Shown here in pieces: positions 9,913-22,185 of a stretch of DNA of 64,000 nucleotides (the stretch's first letter is position 1; every line of letters begins with the position of its first letter). The stretch lies in assembly GCA_950097015.1 (NCBI GenBank), contig CATNEN010000025.1, positions 3,658,001 to 3,722,000 on the forward strand, read 5' to 3'. A program made the translations under genes and the position numbers. The notes under the pieces are model-generated. The model made no database searches, was not told the DNA's origin, and saw only the letters and a program-made list of their open reading frames with translations. The stretch comes from Macrostomum hystrix. Taxonomy: Eukaryota; Animalia; Platyhelminthes.

Positions 9913-12900
9913 TTGCATTGCATTCACATTTCCCTCCCTGTATTGTCAAACATTTCAAGGACTTATGGAAGTGAAATTAAGTTAAAAGTCAATTGTCCTA
10001 GAATAGGACATGAGTCACATGACCATATTAGAGTTGGATTACTAAGAAAAGACTGAAGAGTGAAAGAGTTTTGAGAAGTTGACAATAAGAAGAGATACAT
10101 TTAGATTGAGCAGGATAATGACAGCAGATGAGATAAGTTGAGTGGAATAGTGTGGAAAAATGATAGAGTAGAGTAGAAGATATGGAAGTAGCTAAACTCC
10201 TATACACATGCACTTCGAGTTCGAGTAGAGTAGAAACTAGTTTGTAGCTTGAAGCCTGCAGGGTTTGTTGCGCAATTTTTTACGACAAAATTGTCTTTGT
10301 GTCTGTGTCTGGTCTTTTTCTTTATCTTGTTTTTTGTTTGCTTGCGCCAATTCCAATGCCAAATGCCGAATAATTTTTGAAGAAAAAAACATGACTGTCT
10401 GAAATGTGAGAATGCTGGCTGATGCCAATTGCCAAGTTGCCAACGAATTAAGAGAATGAAATGACAATAAAGCACGTCACTGACATTATTAGTCAGATTC
10501 GTGCCTCGTGTTTATTATAACTTATTAATTTATTCAATAGTATTATGCTTCGCAAATTATAATATTAAACAGCAACAGCAAGTCAAAGCCTTCAAGGGTC
10601 AAACAAAGCAGGGGGAAACAAATGACAAATATGTAAAAGAGGTATCTAGCATGCATTTTAAAGCCGCAAGTTCATTTGTTATTTGTTTACGAAATTGACG
10701 CACAAACCGGTTTTTAAAAACCGGTTTCCTGAAAAATACGGTTTTTAAAACCGGTTAACCGGTTCTCAAAAGAGCACGGTTTTTGGCATCCCTACCGGAG
10801 AGCCCTGCGCACTGGGACGCCACCGCACTCACCGCACTCAGTCTCAGTGCTGCTTGGGGGCCAGTAGACAGTCTAGGGGTTTGGGCTGTGTACATTCACG
10901 GCTTGAAATACAATGTACAGTCTGGGGCTTCGGCGCCCGGGGAAGGGAGGGGGTGGCTGTAATAAAATTTGGCCCGCAGAGTGGCGGAGGGGAGTTGGGG
11001 TGGCTGTCCTCTGAAAACAAAAAGTGACTCACTTTGAGATGATGCAGCTTTGCTCTGGATTGAGTAGAGATGTTCAAAATTGACAGCATTGTTGGAAAAC
11101 ATGTAAAGTGTAAGTGGATCAAATTTGGAGAAAATCTGACAAAGTGGGGCGACGATATGTCGAATTGAGTGATTTTTTGACGATTTTTGAGCAGTTTTTT
11201 GCACTTTTGAGCAGGAAGGAAATGATTTTTCGGGAATTTGAGTAGCCTATTGCACTCAGCGTAGGTGGTTTTAGGTATGTGCAAAGTTTGGTGCGATTTG
11301 GTTGAGCGGTTTCGGCGTCTATAAAGACAAAAGGTTGCACACAGACAGACAGACAGACAGACAGAGTTTTCACTTTTATATATATAGATTTTAGCCAGCG
11401 AGGAGACAATACACACACGCATACACATACAGATCTGCGATGGGCTACATCGAGGGGAGGGTTGAAGGGGAATGAAAAAAAAGAATGAAAATATTTTCAT
11501 TCGAGTATGAAAAAACGCGAGTTTAATTGTTTTAATGTAGCTAAATATGAAAGTTAGCAAGTTTATGACAAAAATTGGAGACTCACTAAATCAATTCTAA
11601 GTCCAATCTGACTCACCGTGAAATCGAGTTTCCATTTCACACAGGCAATCGTTTGATGGAAGCGATTCCTAATACATTATTATTAGTTTATCTTCATTAA
11701 TCATTATACTCATCTATACTCAGAAATCATAAATTATTCACTTACCAATAATCGGACCAATTTTACGTTCTGATCGTAATGAATAACTGGATTTTACTAA
11801 TTAGAATCTAATTAACAGCTTTTAAATTTGCTGGTGTGTCAGACAAATCCAACAGATCCAAATCATTAGACAGAGCTTACTTAAAGAAAGGCCCATACGG
11901 CTTTTTATCACAGAAAAACACTCCGTTACAGGCTATCATGTTACTGGAGCATTTTCACCAAAAATTGTAGGTTTTCAAAACTCCCGAAAAAAGAAAAATG
12001 TTGTAATTGATATTTTTGGTAGAAAGCCTACTGAAACTAAGGTACGAATCCTTGAAATTACTTGCATAATGCCACAAGTTGATGAAAAGTCTGTTATTGA
12101 TTTAATTCAATGTGAAATTATGGTTCTAGACATGGACTCTTGCAGAAAGTCTTGCCGGTTAATGGCCATTGATGAATTCAGGGTGTCCGCGCAAAATTCA
12201 ATATCAATTTCCAGGTTTTTCCAGGTTCAAATAAGTCGAGCGTAAAGCTCCAGGTTGCTACCTGATGGAGCTTTATAAAATGAAACGTATGTACGCAGCG
12301 ATGTTTCTTGATTTAGTGTTTCCTACTACGAACTATGTATTATATTTCATAGTAAAAATGGGCCACTGTCAATGAGCAATCAACGAAAAGAAAAAGGGGA
12401 CATGATCCGAAAAGATATGCAAAATTCAGTTTAGCAAAGTTGCCACGTACTGTAGCAGCTCGTATCAGTACTGCAGGGCATTACGGATCACCGATTTAGC
12501 TAAATTTTGCCGGTTTAAAATTGCAGGTCCATTTTTGCCATTTTCGACACTTTTTGAGCAAGGTTCAAAAAACAGAGATAGGCAAAATACACTACACAAT
12601 GTAAATGAATGGAAATCACGAAACTCATGAAAAATGTGAAGCTAAGTGACACTATAAGTGGAAATAAAAGCTTGTCCTTTCTTTTGAGTATCTGTATTTT
12701 TGGATAAATTGTAAAAACGAAGAATATAGCTTTAGCTAGCTTTTATGCATCAGCACATGTATAGTATTATGTACATTATTACCATCAATTATGGTTGTTT
12801 GCCGAAACAAAAACATAAATAGTACAGGAAATTATTAAAATATATAATATATTCATATCCAGCAGAATTGCAATATGGTAAGCATGAGGCATCACTTAAT

Positions 12901-13652
12901 TAAAATGCTTCGTGTTATAAAAAACATTAATTACGAATAGAATCGCCACTCTTGAATCAATTTAGTGCAGTACGAAAATATGAAGCCTAATTGAGTCTGA
13001 TTGCTTGTGACTGCTTGAACATGCAGATTTCAACACTTAAAGTGAGATAAAATCGTGTGATCTTTTCAACGTGTTCTAAAAAGCACTTTTTAGACAAAAC
13101 TGAAAAGTTATTGATTATATTATTCGAAAGTGCAATTTGAGTTGTTTCAAATAGCCAAAATGATGCAATATATAAACGAAATTTCATAGAAAGAGTTTGC
13201 AACTACTAAAATTCAACAGTTCTGCTGCACTGCTTACATCTTATATGCCTAACAACAATACACAATACTAGCAGGTTCTTTATAAAAACACTTGATTTTT
13301 ATGACTTTTCTATATATACACGAGTTGTACTGGACCATTATATCGTGATCAGAAAATTGCGCAAGGTATAAAAGGGTAGGTGGAAAAATATTTTGGCTAA
13401 TAATAATTTTCAAATAAAAATACGAAAATGCTGTTGCAACATAGGCACAAAAATTGGAGTACACAATGATACATTAAGTAGCAGAATTTGCCACAAACAA
13501 AAGCATAGCTTAAGTGTTCAAAAATAAGACTTAGCAGTTTTTCATCACCCAATTATTGTGGCAAGGTGCTTTAGAAAATTCTAAGTGAGTGACATGTGTA
13601 ATCAAACTGTGGAATCAGGCAGATCCATATATGATAGACGTTTGAGTGCAAA

Positions 13653-13864
13653 CCCGTACAACAAACCGACGTGGGCCGACGTTTCTAACATTTCCGACGT
13701 CTACTATAATGTCGCTGTAGCAATATTTTCTTGTATCTCCCGGCCTCCAACTGACCTTCAGAGGTTCAAAGGTCCGCTAGATATCAGGAGATATAAAAAT
13801 TGTCAGGAGATAAATAGAAAATCGTTATGTTACAGCGACATCGGCCGATGTCGAAAAAGTCGCC
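13653..13864. repeat. Second, truncated copy of the palindromic module
   Basis: Shares CCCGTACAAC, GTCGCTGTA, TATCTCCCGG, CAGGAGAT and TACAGCGAC..GGCC..GTCGAAAAAGTCGCC with 6639-6973. Confidence 0.65.
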
Positions 13865-15410
13865 TTTTTCGCTGCTGCCACTTCGCCAGTGCCATTCGTA
13901 GGCATTTTCTTGGACCGCTGACTACCGGCGGCTGTCTCAGCTGGCCGCTTCTTCGCTGCTGCCACTTCGCCAGTGCCATTCGTAGGCATTTTCTTGGACC
14001 GCTGACTACCGGCGGCTGTCTCAGCTGGCCGCTTCTTCGATGCTGCCACTTCGCCAGTGCCATTCGTAGGCATTTTCTTAGACCGCTGACTACCGACAGC
14101 TGCTTCAGTCTGGCGAGATACTGGATTTCAAACAAAAGCAAGGAATGCCTCTGGTCCAACAATTTCCGGTTGCTGCATGTTTGCCAGACCAGAGATAATG
14201 CCACCAATCGCGAATCGTGCGGTCATGCTCATTGACTTCATAGTGGCCTGATATGATTGGCGAGCGACATTGGGCTTATGGCACAACCGGATCACAACCT
14301 TTTTTTGATTTTCGTCCAGATACGTAGCCGAGTATGTTTCGATAAATTTACGGTAGGTCGTATTAGTATCCTGCTCGATGTCCGGATTTTTGGCTCGCTC
14401 TCTGGTCCACACCCTGGCAAAGCCACCCGTGCCGAACGGGAAGAGTTTATCAGATGGTGACGCCGTCTTCGCTCTTTCCTGAATATAAAGTTCAAGAATT
14501 TCGACGACACTATCAGCCGCAACTCTCCAGGCACCATAAATGTTTGATGTCTTGTGCTCTTTGACAAAAAGTTCTCCCTCTTTATCATTCAGCCACTCGA
14601 GACCTTCTATGGTTGCATTTGTTATAATATCTGGCCTATTGGCGTTGTCATTAGAGAAGCACATGGCAGCAGAAATGCTAACTATGACGTCGTTGGATAA
14701 AATTTTGGATTTGGCGGCCAATTCAGCCTTGGAAATGAGTAACCGAACATGCGAGTGCAGACTTTCCACTTCATCCAGCTTAAGCAATTGTTTGTCTAGT
14801 ACGTTGCGCAATCTGGCATCATTCGACCGACTAACTTTAAGGCCATACGCCTTATCCGCTTTAAGCGCTCTTCGAATTCCATCAGATAACATTTAAGGCC
14901 TAAATTTCGAAGCTCAACAAGACGGCGTGCTCGGAAAAAAGATACCAAATGCGTTAACGCGTTAATACACGAACGACCCGCAGACTTATTTCGCTTTGAG
15001 TCCTCTTCAACGAAAGCGCTAACTTTATCTCGAAATTATTCAGTCAAAATTGAAAGCAGGTCTCTTAGTTCGCAAGCCTTAGTTAGTCTCGAAAGAGCGC
15101 CAACATTTTTTGGATAGACGACGCCTTCAGAGCGCCACCTTCCCACGTTGCCAGCTATTTGCCTAAAGTTCGTCTTCTAGCAGGCTAACATCTTTTTTGC
15201 TTCGATTGATGCTTCAAGGGCTTGAAATTTTTCGAAAGCCTTCTTGGCCGCATCTTCTCCAGGTTTATAATAATGGTACCGTACTCTATGAGCGGTCATT
15301 GACCGCTTCTCGAAGAGCACACCACATTCAGGAAACTTGATTTTTCGAATCGAGTCGTCTGCAATCTCTTGTTGGTTGAATACCTTAACCTCTGTCACCA
15401 GATCGTCCAT
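13825..15410 (-). pseudogene. Decayed zinc-finger plus tyrosine-recombinase gene (Crypton-like mobile element), about 528 codons
   Basis: YR-like motif order NANRPDII, VKEHKT..YG, NTTYRKFIET, RLCHKPNVARQSY; degenerate C2H2 finger FPEC..HRVRYH at the N-terminus. The reading frame continues across TAG (15177), a TAA, one frameshift near 14870 and TGA (14128) into a basic repeat tail. Confidence 0.7.
13868..14104. repeat. 84-bp tandem repeat, about 2.8 copies, encoding MPTNGTGEVAASKKRPAETAAGSQRSKK in the recombinase frame
   Basis: 28-aa periodicity in ORF 13825-14073; 14892-14073=819, so it is the same frame as the YR ORF. Confidence 0.9.
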
Positions 15411-16433
15411 ATTTTTGAGCCCAGGATGTCCTTGTGGCTCTCACGCAAATGTTGGCGAATCCGGGAATTATAAATTCTGGATATGAATTCTGGATTCTGG
15501 ATATAAGGACTGGATATGAAGCCAGGTCTTCTCTTTCTTGCACCAACCCACTCCCAACATGTACAAACAACGCACACACTCACCCTATCTCAAACCCTTC
15601 ATTGCAACCCTAGGTGGCCTGTTCTTTTCTATACTTTGCCTCAAGGCGAGTTAACTTTAACACACTTGAAGCCGATGTCGACAGCTTTGAAAACATAAAG
15701 AAAATATTATTCGCTTGCATCAGTTCAACATTCTCTGAACTGCGGATGCCACTCGTAATATTTTTTATTTTGGGAATTCTTCTGCAAGTGCAATTATTTA
15801 GTCCGCCAAACAGAGCCAAACTTGCAACAGAGACCCACTACCAACAGAGACAACCCACTTCTACATGTAACAGTACACCACTATGAGTAATGAGCAGCGC
15901 GTTTTTTGTTTGTACACATGATAGAATTAGAGTTATGCTCGCAACACACGAAGTGCCATACACCTTTTTTTGTGGATTAGTTTGACGGGTAAAAAATTCC
16001 ACCTAATCTGCGGTGGTGTATACGAGATGGCACAACTCGTATAAAGTAAATCACTGTTTAAAAGTCACCATGCTTTAGATACTGCTTACCAGTAGTCAGA
16101 TAGACACAGCAAACCTTTTATTTAAATCTGTACAAAAAGGAAGGCTGCAATACCTGTCTTGACCTAAATCCTCGAGTGTAAAAAAAAGCTCGAGCTAGGC
16201 GTGGAGGAATTATACATGCGGTGAATCAGCCTAATCAGGTGCAGACAGAAACACACGCTCACACACACACACATCTGGCCTAGAGGTTGATGTAAGTATG
16301 GGCGTAAATTGCACGTCAAGCCCCCTGAGTAGCATTTTAAAATGATTGTGGCCTAGCCGCGAATTCCATCTGTCACTCTTGATTTCTGTGATTTTCTCAT
16401 CATTCTGAGATTTTGCCCACCTAAAAAACGCAG

Positions 16434-16664
16434 GTGTTCAGCGTCCCAGTCATCGGCCTGCACGTCGCCATCGGCTACTTCCTGTTTATGAAATGGCGCA
16501 AATCGACGGGCGCTCTGGATCACGAATTTCATCGCGGCGAATGCGGCCACTCCTACAGGACCGAGCAGACCACGACTTCGACCGCTGTGGGCGGCGGCGG
16601 CGGCGGTGCCAACCCCGGCTCGGACTATCGCGTCGAGGCACCGCCGGCCTACGGCAATTATTGA
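16434..16664 (+). CDS. MARVEL-domain protein, last coding exon (4th TM helix plus cytoplasmic tail; total about 206 aa)
   Basis: Acceptor ACGCAG| at 16433, phase 0, gives AAIASA|VFSVPVIGLHVAIGYFLFMKWRK; tail ends with a PPAY motif. Confidence 0.72.
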   Translation: MFSVPVIGLHVAIGYFLFMKWRKSTGALDHEFHRGECGHSYRTEQTTTSTAVGGGGGGANPGSDYRVEAPPAYGNY

Positions 16665-17688
16665 TCTTTCGTCGAATTACTTTATAAAGTTAAGGGCTTC
16701 AAATCCTGACAATTTTGTTTGGAAAGTTCAGCTTCTCTCCGTCTTGCAAGTATGATAAAAAGTTCTGACCTGACCCTTCAAGTTTGTTGATTTTGTCCTA
16801 CAGTTTTCCAATTATTTATTCCGATGCAAAATATACCCGCTTTATTTTTATATCTTGTGAAATATCCCATTCAGTTAGCTAACTTTTTCACTTAACCAAT
16901 TAGGCCCATTCAACTAGTTATTCCCTTAGTTTGTCTATTATCCCATCTAGGTTGAAAATTATCCCACCTCAGTTTGATTATTATCCGATTAAGTTTAAAA
17001 CCCCCTCCATTAGGCTAATTATTCTATTTTGGTTAGTTAGTTCTACTCCCTGCGTTTTGCGCAATTATCCCCTCCGCTAAGCCTATTATCCCATTCAGGT
17101 GGCAAATTATCATCAATCGGTTAGCTAATTGTCACTCATTTTTATAAAACTTCAAAAACTCAACACACCAATTTCTATATATACTGTCCCTCAAGTTATT
17201 TATAATCAGCTGCGCTGTGTTTTCCAGTGTAAATAAAAACTTATATTTTGTGCCTCAATAAGTGAGTCCACAGCACTAATACGTATTTATTCTGCAATCG
17301 TGTTACACTGTGGCGTCTTCTTAAGAGACAAGTCTACAGATTATTTATGATTGGTCTGATTTCATGGCACAAGTTGATGCTTACTGGATTACATTGCTTC
17401 TGTGACCATTTTATCAGAAACACATTTTTATTGCGCATTAAAATAATATTCCATTTTTTATTCAGAATCTCTTTACGAAATTTTTGACGTCCTAACAACA
17501 GCTTGGCCAATTTTTATTGTTATCTAATTTTTTTTCCTGTCTATTTCGACCATAAACATATTGGTTTTCGAAATCATTGTACTAAAATTTCATAAAAACT
17601 ACTCGTTCATTCTAACTAGCATAGAAAAGCTTTACAATGTGTTAGAAACTTATTTTTACACCATTCTATTGCCACTAGGCCATTCTCT

Positions 17689-18812
17689 GCTGGGTGAGTG
17701 GATGGATAGCTTGGTGAGTGAATGGATAGCTTGGTGAGTGAATGGATAGCTTGGTGAGTGAGTGGATAGCTTGGTGAGTGAATGGATAGCTTGGTGAGTG
17801 AATGGATAGCTTGGTGAGTGAATGGATAGCTTGGTGAGTGAATGGATAGCTTGGTGAGTGAATGGATAGCTTGGTGAGTGAATGGATAGCTGGGTGAGTG
17901 AATGGATAGCTGCTGGGTTATTGAATGGATAGCTGGGTGAGTGAATGGATAGCTGCTGGGTTATTGAATGGATAGCTGGGTGAGTGAATGGATAGCTGGG
18001 TGAGTAAATGGATAGCTGGGTGAGTGAATGGATAGCTGCTGGGTTAGTGAATGGATAGCTGGGTGAGTGAATGGATAGCTGGGTGAGTAAATGGATAGCT
18101 GGGTGAGTGGATGGATAGTTGGGTGAGTGGATGGATAGCTTGGTGAGTGGATGGATAGCTGGGTGAGTGGATGGATAGCTTGGTGAGTGGATGGATAGCT
18201 GGGTGAGTGGATGGATAGTTGGGTGAGTGGATGGGATAGCTTGGTGAGTGGATGGATAGCTTGGTGAGTGGATGGATAGTTGGGTGAGTGGATGGATAGC
18301 TTGGTGAGTGGATGGATAGTTGGGTCAGTGGATGGATAGCTTGGTGAGTGGATGGATAGCTTGGTGAGTGGATGGATAGCTGGGTCAGTGGATGGATAGC
18401 TTGGTGAGTGGATGGATAGTTGGGTCAGTGGATGGATAGCTTGGTGAGTGGATGGATAGCTGGGTGAGTGGATGGATAGCTTGGTGAGTGGATGGATGGT
18501 TAAATGAGTGGATGGATAGTTGGGTGAGTGAATAGGTGGTTAAATGAGTGGATGGATAGTTGGGTGAATGAATGGATAGCTAGGTGAGTGGATGGATAGT
18601 TGGGTGAGTGAATAGGTGGTTAAATGAGTGGATGGATAGTTGGGTGAGTGAATAGGTGGTTAAATGAGTGGATGGATAGTTGGGTGAATAAATGGATAGC
18701 TAGGTGAGTGGATGGATAGTTGGGTGAGTGAATAGGTGGTTAAATGAGTGGATGGATAGTTAGGTGAGTGGATGGATGGGTGGGCGAGTGAATGTACGGT
18801 TGTGTGAGTAGC
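17689..18812. repeat. 20-bp minisatellite (GGGTGAGTGGATGGATAGCT), about 55 copies
   Basis: Directly visible, with a gradient of variants along the array. Confidence 0.95.
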
Positions 18813-19117
18813 TCGTAGTTCGGCAAAATAGGCACAATCGAATTCACTCTACATATAATTATTAACGTTCCAGTGATTTCAGCTAGACATGTTTTTTTTC
18901 TAATTGCTTGAACTTTTTACTTTTAAATACGCTTCGCAAATGATCTGTGCGCAAAAAATGTTAATGACTTTTCATTCTGCGGTCCAGAAGAACTAAGAAA
19001 TATACTACGGGGCGAAAGTTTTTCATCTTAAACCCATTAATTAAAATAATACCCGCTCATACCTTCAGTTTCAGTGCTTACAGCATGTGTAAATTACAAT
19101 TTGACAATTACAAACGG

Positions 19118-20680
19118 ATGTGTGTACAGCCCTAGTGCTGTGATTTTTGTACAGCCCTAGTGCTGTGATGTGTGTACAGCCCTAGTGCTGTGATGTGTGT
19201 ACAGCCCTAGTGCTGTGGTGTGTGTACAGCCCTAGTGCTGTGATGTGTGTACAGCCCTAGTGCTGTGATGTGTGTGCAGCCCTAGTGCTGTGATGTGTGT
19301 GCAGCCCTAGTGCTGTGATGTGTGTACAGCCCTAGTGCTGTGATGTGTGTGCAGCCCTAGTGCTTTGATGTGTGTGCAGCCCTAGTGCTGTGATGTGTGT
19401 ACAGCCCTAGTGCTGTGATGTGTGTACAGCCCTAGTGCTGTGATGTGTGTGCAGCCCTAGTGCTTTGATGTGTGTGCAGCCCTAGTGCTGTGATGTGTGT
19501 ACAGCCCTAGTGCTGTGATGTGTGTACAGCCCTAGTGCTGTGATGTGTGTGCAGCCCTAGTGCTGTGATGTGTGTGCAGCCCTAGTGCTGTGATGTGTGT
19601 ACAGCCCTAGTGCTGTGATGTGTGTGCAGCCCTAGTGCTTTGATGTGTGTGCAGCCCTAGTGCTGTGATGTGTGTACAGCCCTAGTGCTGTGATGTGTGT
19701 GCAGCCCTAGTGCTGTGATGTGTGTACAGCCCTAGTGCTGTGATTTGTGTACAGCCCTAGTGCTGTGATGTGTGTACAGCCCTAGTGCTGTGATGTGTGT
19801 ACAGCCCTAGTGCTGTGATTTGTGTACAGCCCTAGTGCTGTGATGTGTGTACAGCCCTAGTGCTGTGATGTGTGTACAGCCCTAGTGCTGTGATGTGTGT
19901 ACAGCCCTAGTGCTGTGGTGTGTGTACAGCCCTAGTGCTGTGATGTGTGTACAGCCCTAGTGCTGTGATGTGTGTGCAGCCCTAGTGCTGTGATGTGTGT
20001 GCAGCCCTAGTGCTGTGATGTGTGTACAGCCCTAGTGCTGTGATGTGTGTGCAGCCCTAGTGCTTTGATGTGTGTGCAGCCCTAGTGCTGTGATGTGTGT
20101 ACAGCCCTAGTGCTGTGATGTGTGTACAGCCCTAGTGCTGTGATGTGTGTGCAGCCCTAGTGCTTTGATGTGTGTGCAGCCCTAGTGCTGTGATGTGTGT
20201 ACAGTCCTAGTGCTGTGATGTGTGTACAGCCCTAGTGCTGTGATGTGTGTGCAGCCCTAGTGCTGTGATGTGTGTGCAGCCCTAGTGCTGTGATGTGTGT
20301 ACAGCCCTAGTGCTGTGATGTGTGTGCAGCCCTAGTGCTTTGATGTGTGTGCAGCCCTAGTGCTGTGATGTGTGTACAGCCCTAGTGCTGTGATGTGTGT
20401 GCAGCCCTAGTGCTGTGATGTGTGTACAGCCCTAGTGCTGTGATTTGTGTACAGCCCTAGTGCTGTGATGTGTGTGCAGCCCTAGTGCTGTGATGTGTGT
20501 ACAGCCCTAGTGCTGTGATGTGTGCACAGCCCTAGTGCTGTGATTTGTGTACAGCCCTAGTGCTGTGATGTGTGTACAGCCCTAGTGCTGTGATTTGTGT
20601 ACAGCCCTAGTGCTGTGGTGTGTGTACAGCCCTAGTGCTGTGATGTGTGTACAGCCCTAGTGTTGTGATTTGTGAACAGT
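19118..20680. repeat. 25-bp minisatellite (ACAGCCCTAGTGCTGTGATGTGTGT), about 62 copies
   Basis: Period 25 (ACAGCC at 19151, 19176). Confidence 0.97.
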
Positions 20681-22185
20681 CTGAGTCAGCTGGAGTACAT
20701 GCAAAAACATAATTAAAAGCGAGACGATGGTACTTCAAATCAGTTTTTGCTGCTAAAGCTAGTTTTGGATAATTATGGAACTTATGCTTTTGGAAATAAT
20801 ATCAATAATTTAGTTCGATGCCGATCTTATATTTCAATAAAAGTATATAGTTGGGTAGGTGTATGCACATGTTAATATCTTGGAGCGACAGTGCAAGGAT
20901 GTGCCAAAATCAAGCAGTGTTGTGCAGCCATCAGTCAATTGTTCTTCCACTCTGCACTGAATTGCAACCGAACATTCGCGTTGCTCTACTAGTAGTAGCG
21001 CGAAAAGTAAATTGCGCCTCAAAACCGGATGGAGGCAAAGGTAATTCAAGCTTGCTAATAAAATGAGGTCGTAGAATCTTTCATTGATAGTTGGTGCCAA
21101 AAGCAAAGGATAGTTTAAATTAAACAGCTTAATTGCACAAACATCACCGTTTTAGACACTTAGCAGCTAGCAACCAAAAATGCTCCAAACTTTTAAGAAT
21201 CAATTGCTTTCTGATGTCAATGTGTTGGCAACACTTGCTTTGGCTATGAAGCTAAGTGTCTGCTTCTCCAAGAAGAAAAAACTTCAGAAAAAATCAAGAA
21301 CTAACTTACTGCCGCAGCAAAGTGACAAATAAATAGCTGGCGTGTTGAACTACAGGTGTTATGTACAAAGCAATCGTCATATTCACCTGGATTTGCAAGT
21401 AAATTATACTACTATGAAACTAATTGGGCATTGCTGAGCTATGAACTTCGAAAACGAAAAAACTAATAAATGGAAAGTCTGTCAAGTCGGGACGAGGCGA
21501 GAGAGCGCAGTCAACGCTAAGCTAATTCCGGTTATATAAAAGTATTCAAACAGAGCTCACTAACTGCAAAGCATCCAACTAGAAGGTAAACTAATTGCAA
21601 AGAAGTATAAATATATATTCAGTCAGAGTCAAGAGTAAGGGATTATAGGGAAATCGCAGAGTAAGTTTGGTTAAATCATTATCAAATGAAGACTTTGGGC
21701 CCAATCAGAAGCCAACATTATGACAGGAGTTTCCGACCGTGCGGCATCAGCTGAAACTGCCTGCAAATATTTTGTTATATTGTGTCTATATAGTACAACA
21801 AGGGATATCGTACTTCAGTAAGATTATAGAAGCTGTGAACACAATGTCAAAATAAGAACAATATGATGATTAACATAAAACTACTCTTTATCTACGGTTC
21901 GGTGTTCCTTTTGAAGTCGCCATTGTTCAATCTACACAAGAAAAATGTACAGATAATTTTATAATTAACTTAAAAACCAAGTAGCACTACTATGCATTGG
22001 TTGGTAATCCCACAACACAACGAAGTTAACATCTATGTAAGGAAAAAACAAACAAACTTTCATGCTAAATTATACTTATTCTGATAACTTAAAGATGCAT
22101 TTTATAAAACCTATTCCGTAGGCCTCGAGGAAAAATCTGGCAATGCTGAGCGTTTCCAACACCTATCAGGCTTTCCCGCCTAGAG

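Larger units (their letters stand above)
6145..10794 (+). mobile_element. Full-length hAT DNA transposon, 4650 bp
   Basis: 12-bp TIR TAGGGATGCCAA / TTGGCATCCCTA; perfect 8-bp TSD CCGGAGAG (6137-6144, 10795-10802); clustered subterminal AAACCGGTTT motifs at both ends; intact transposase ORF. Confidence 0.95.
4440..11388 (-). mobile_element. Non-autonomous Helitron (about 2 kb without its insertions) containing nested hAT and MITE insertions
   Basis: Minus-strand 5' end A|TCTATATATATAAAAGTG followed by (CTGT)n at 11388. 3' end has a TGCCC..GGGCA hairpin (4451-4470) then CTAG|T at 4440. Inserted between A and T with no TSD. Internal Pif1 helicase fragment on the same strand. Confidence 0.85.

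Noticed and set aside
10844-11560. 238-aa and overlapping minus-strand ORFs
   Set aside because: They span the non-coding Helitron 5' end and flank; no protein motif.
12180-12235. CAGGGTGTCCGC..TTCCAGGTTTTTTCCAGG resembling a DNA-transposon terminus
   Set aside because: No matching inverted end or TSD found by eye.
13825-15410. Stop-codon readthrough or recoding as an explanation of the YR gene
   Set aside because: Three different stops plus a frameshift and a degenerate zinc finger are better explained by decay.
15610-15886. Possible second ORF of the YR element
   Set aside because: Short ORFs on both strands with no recognisable motif; element boundaries could not be defined.
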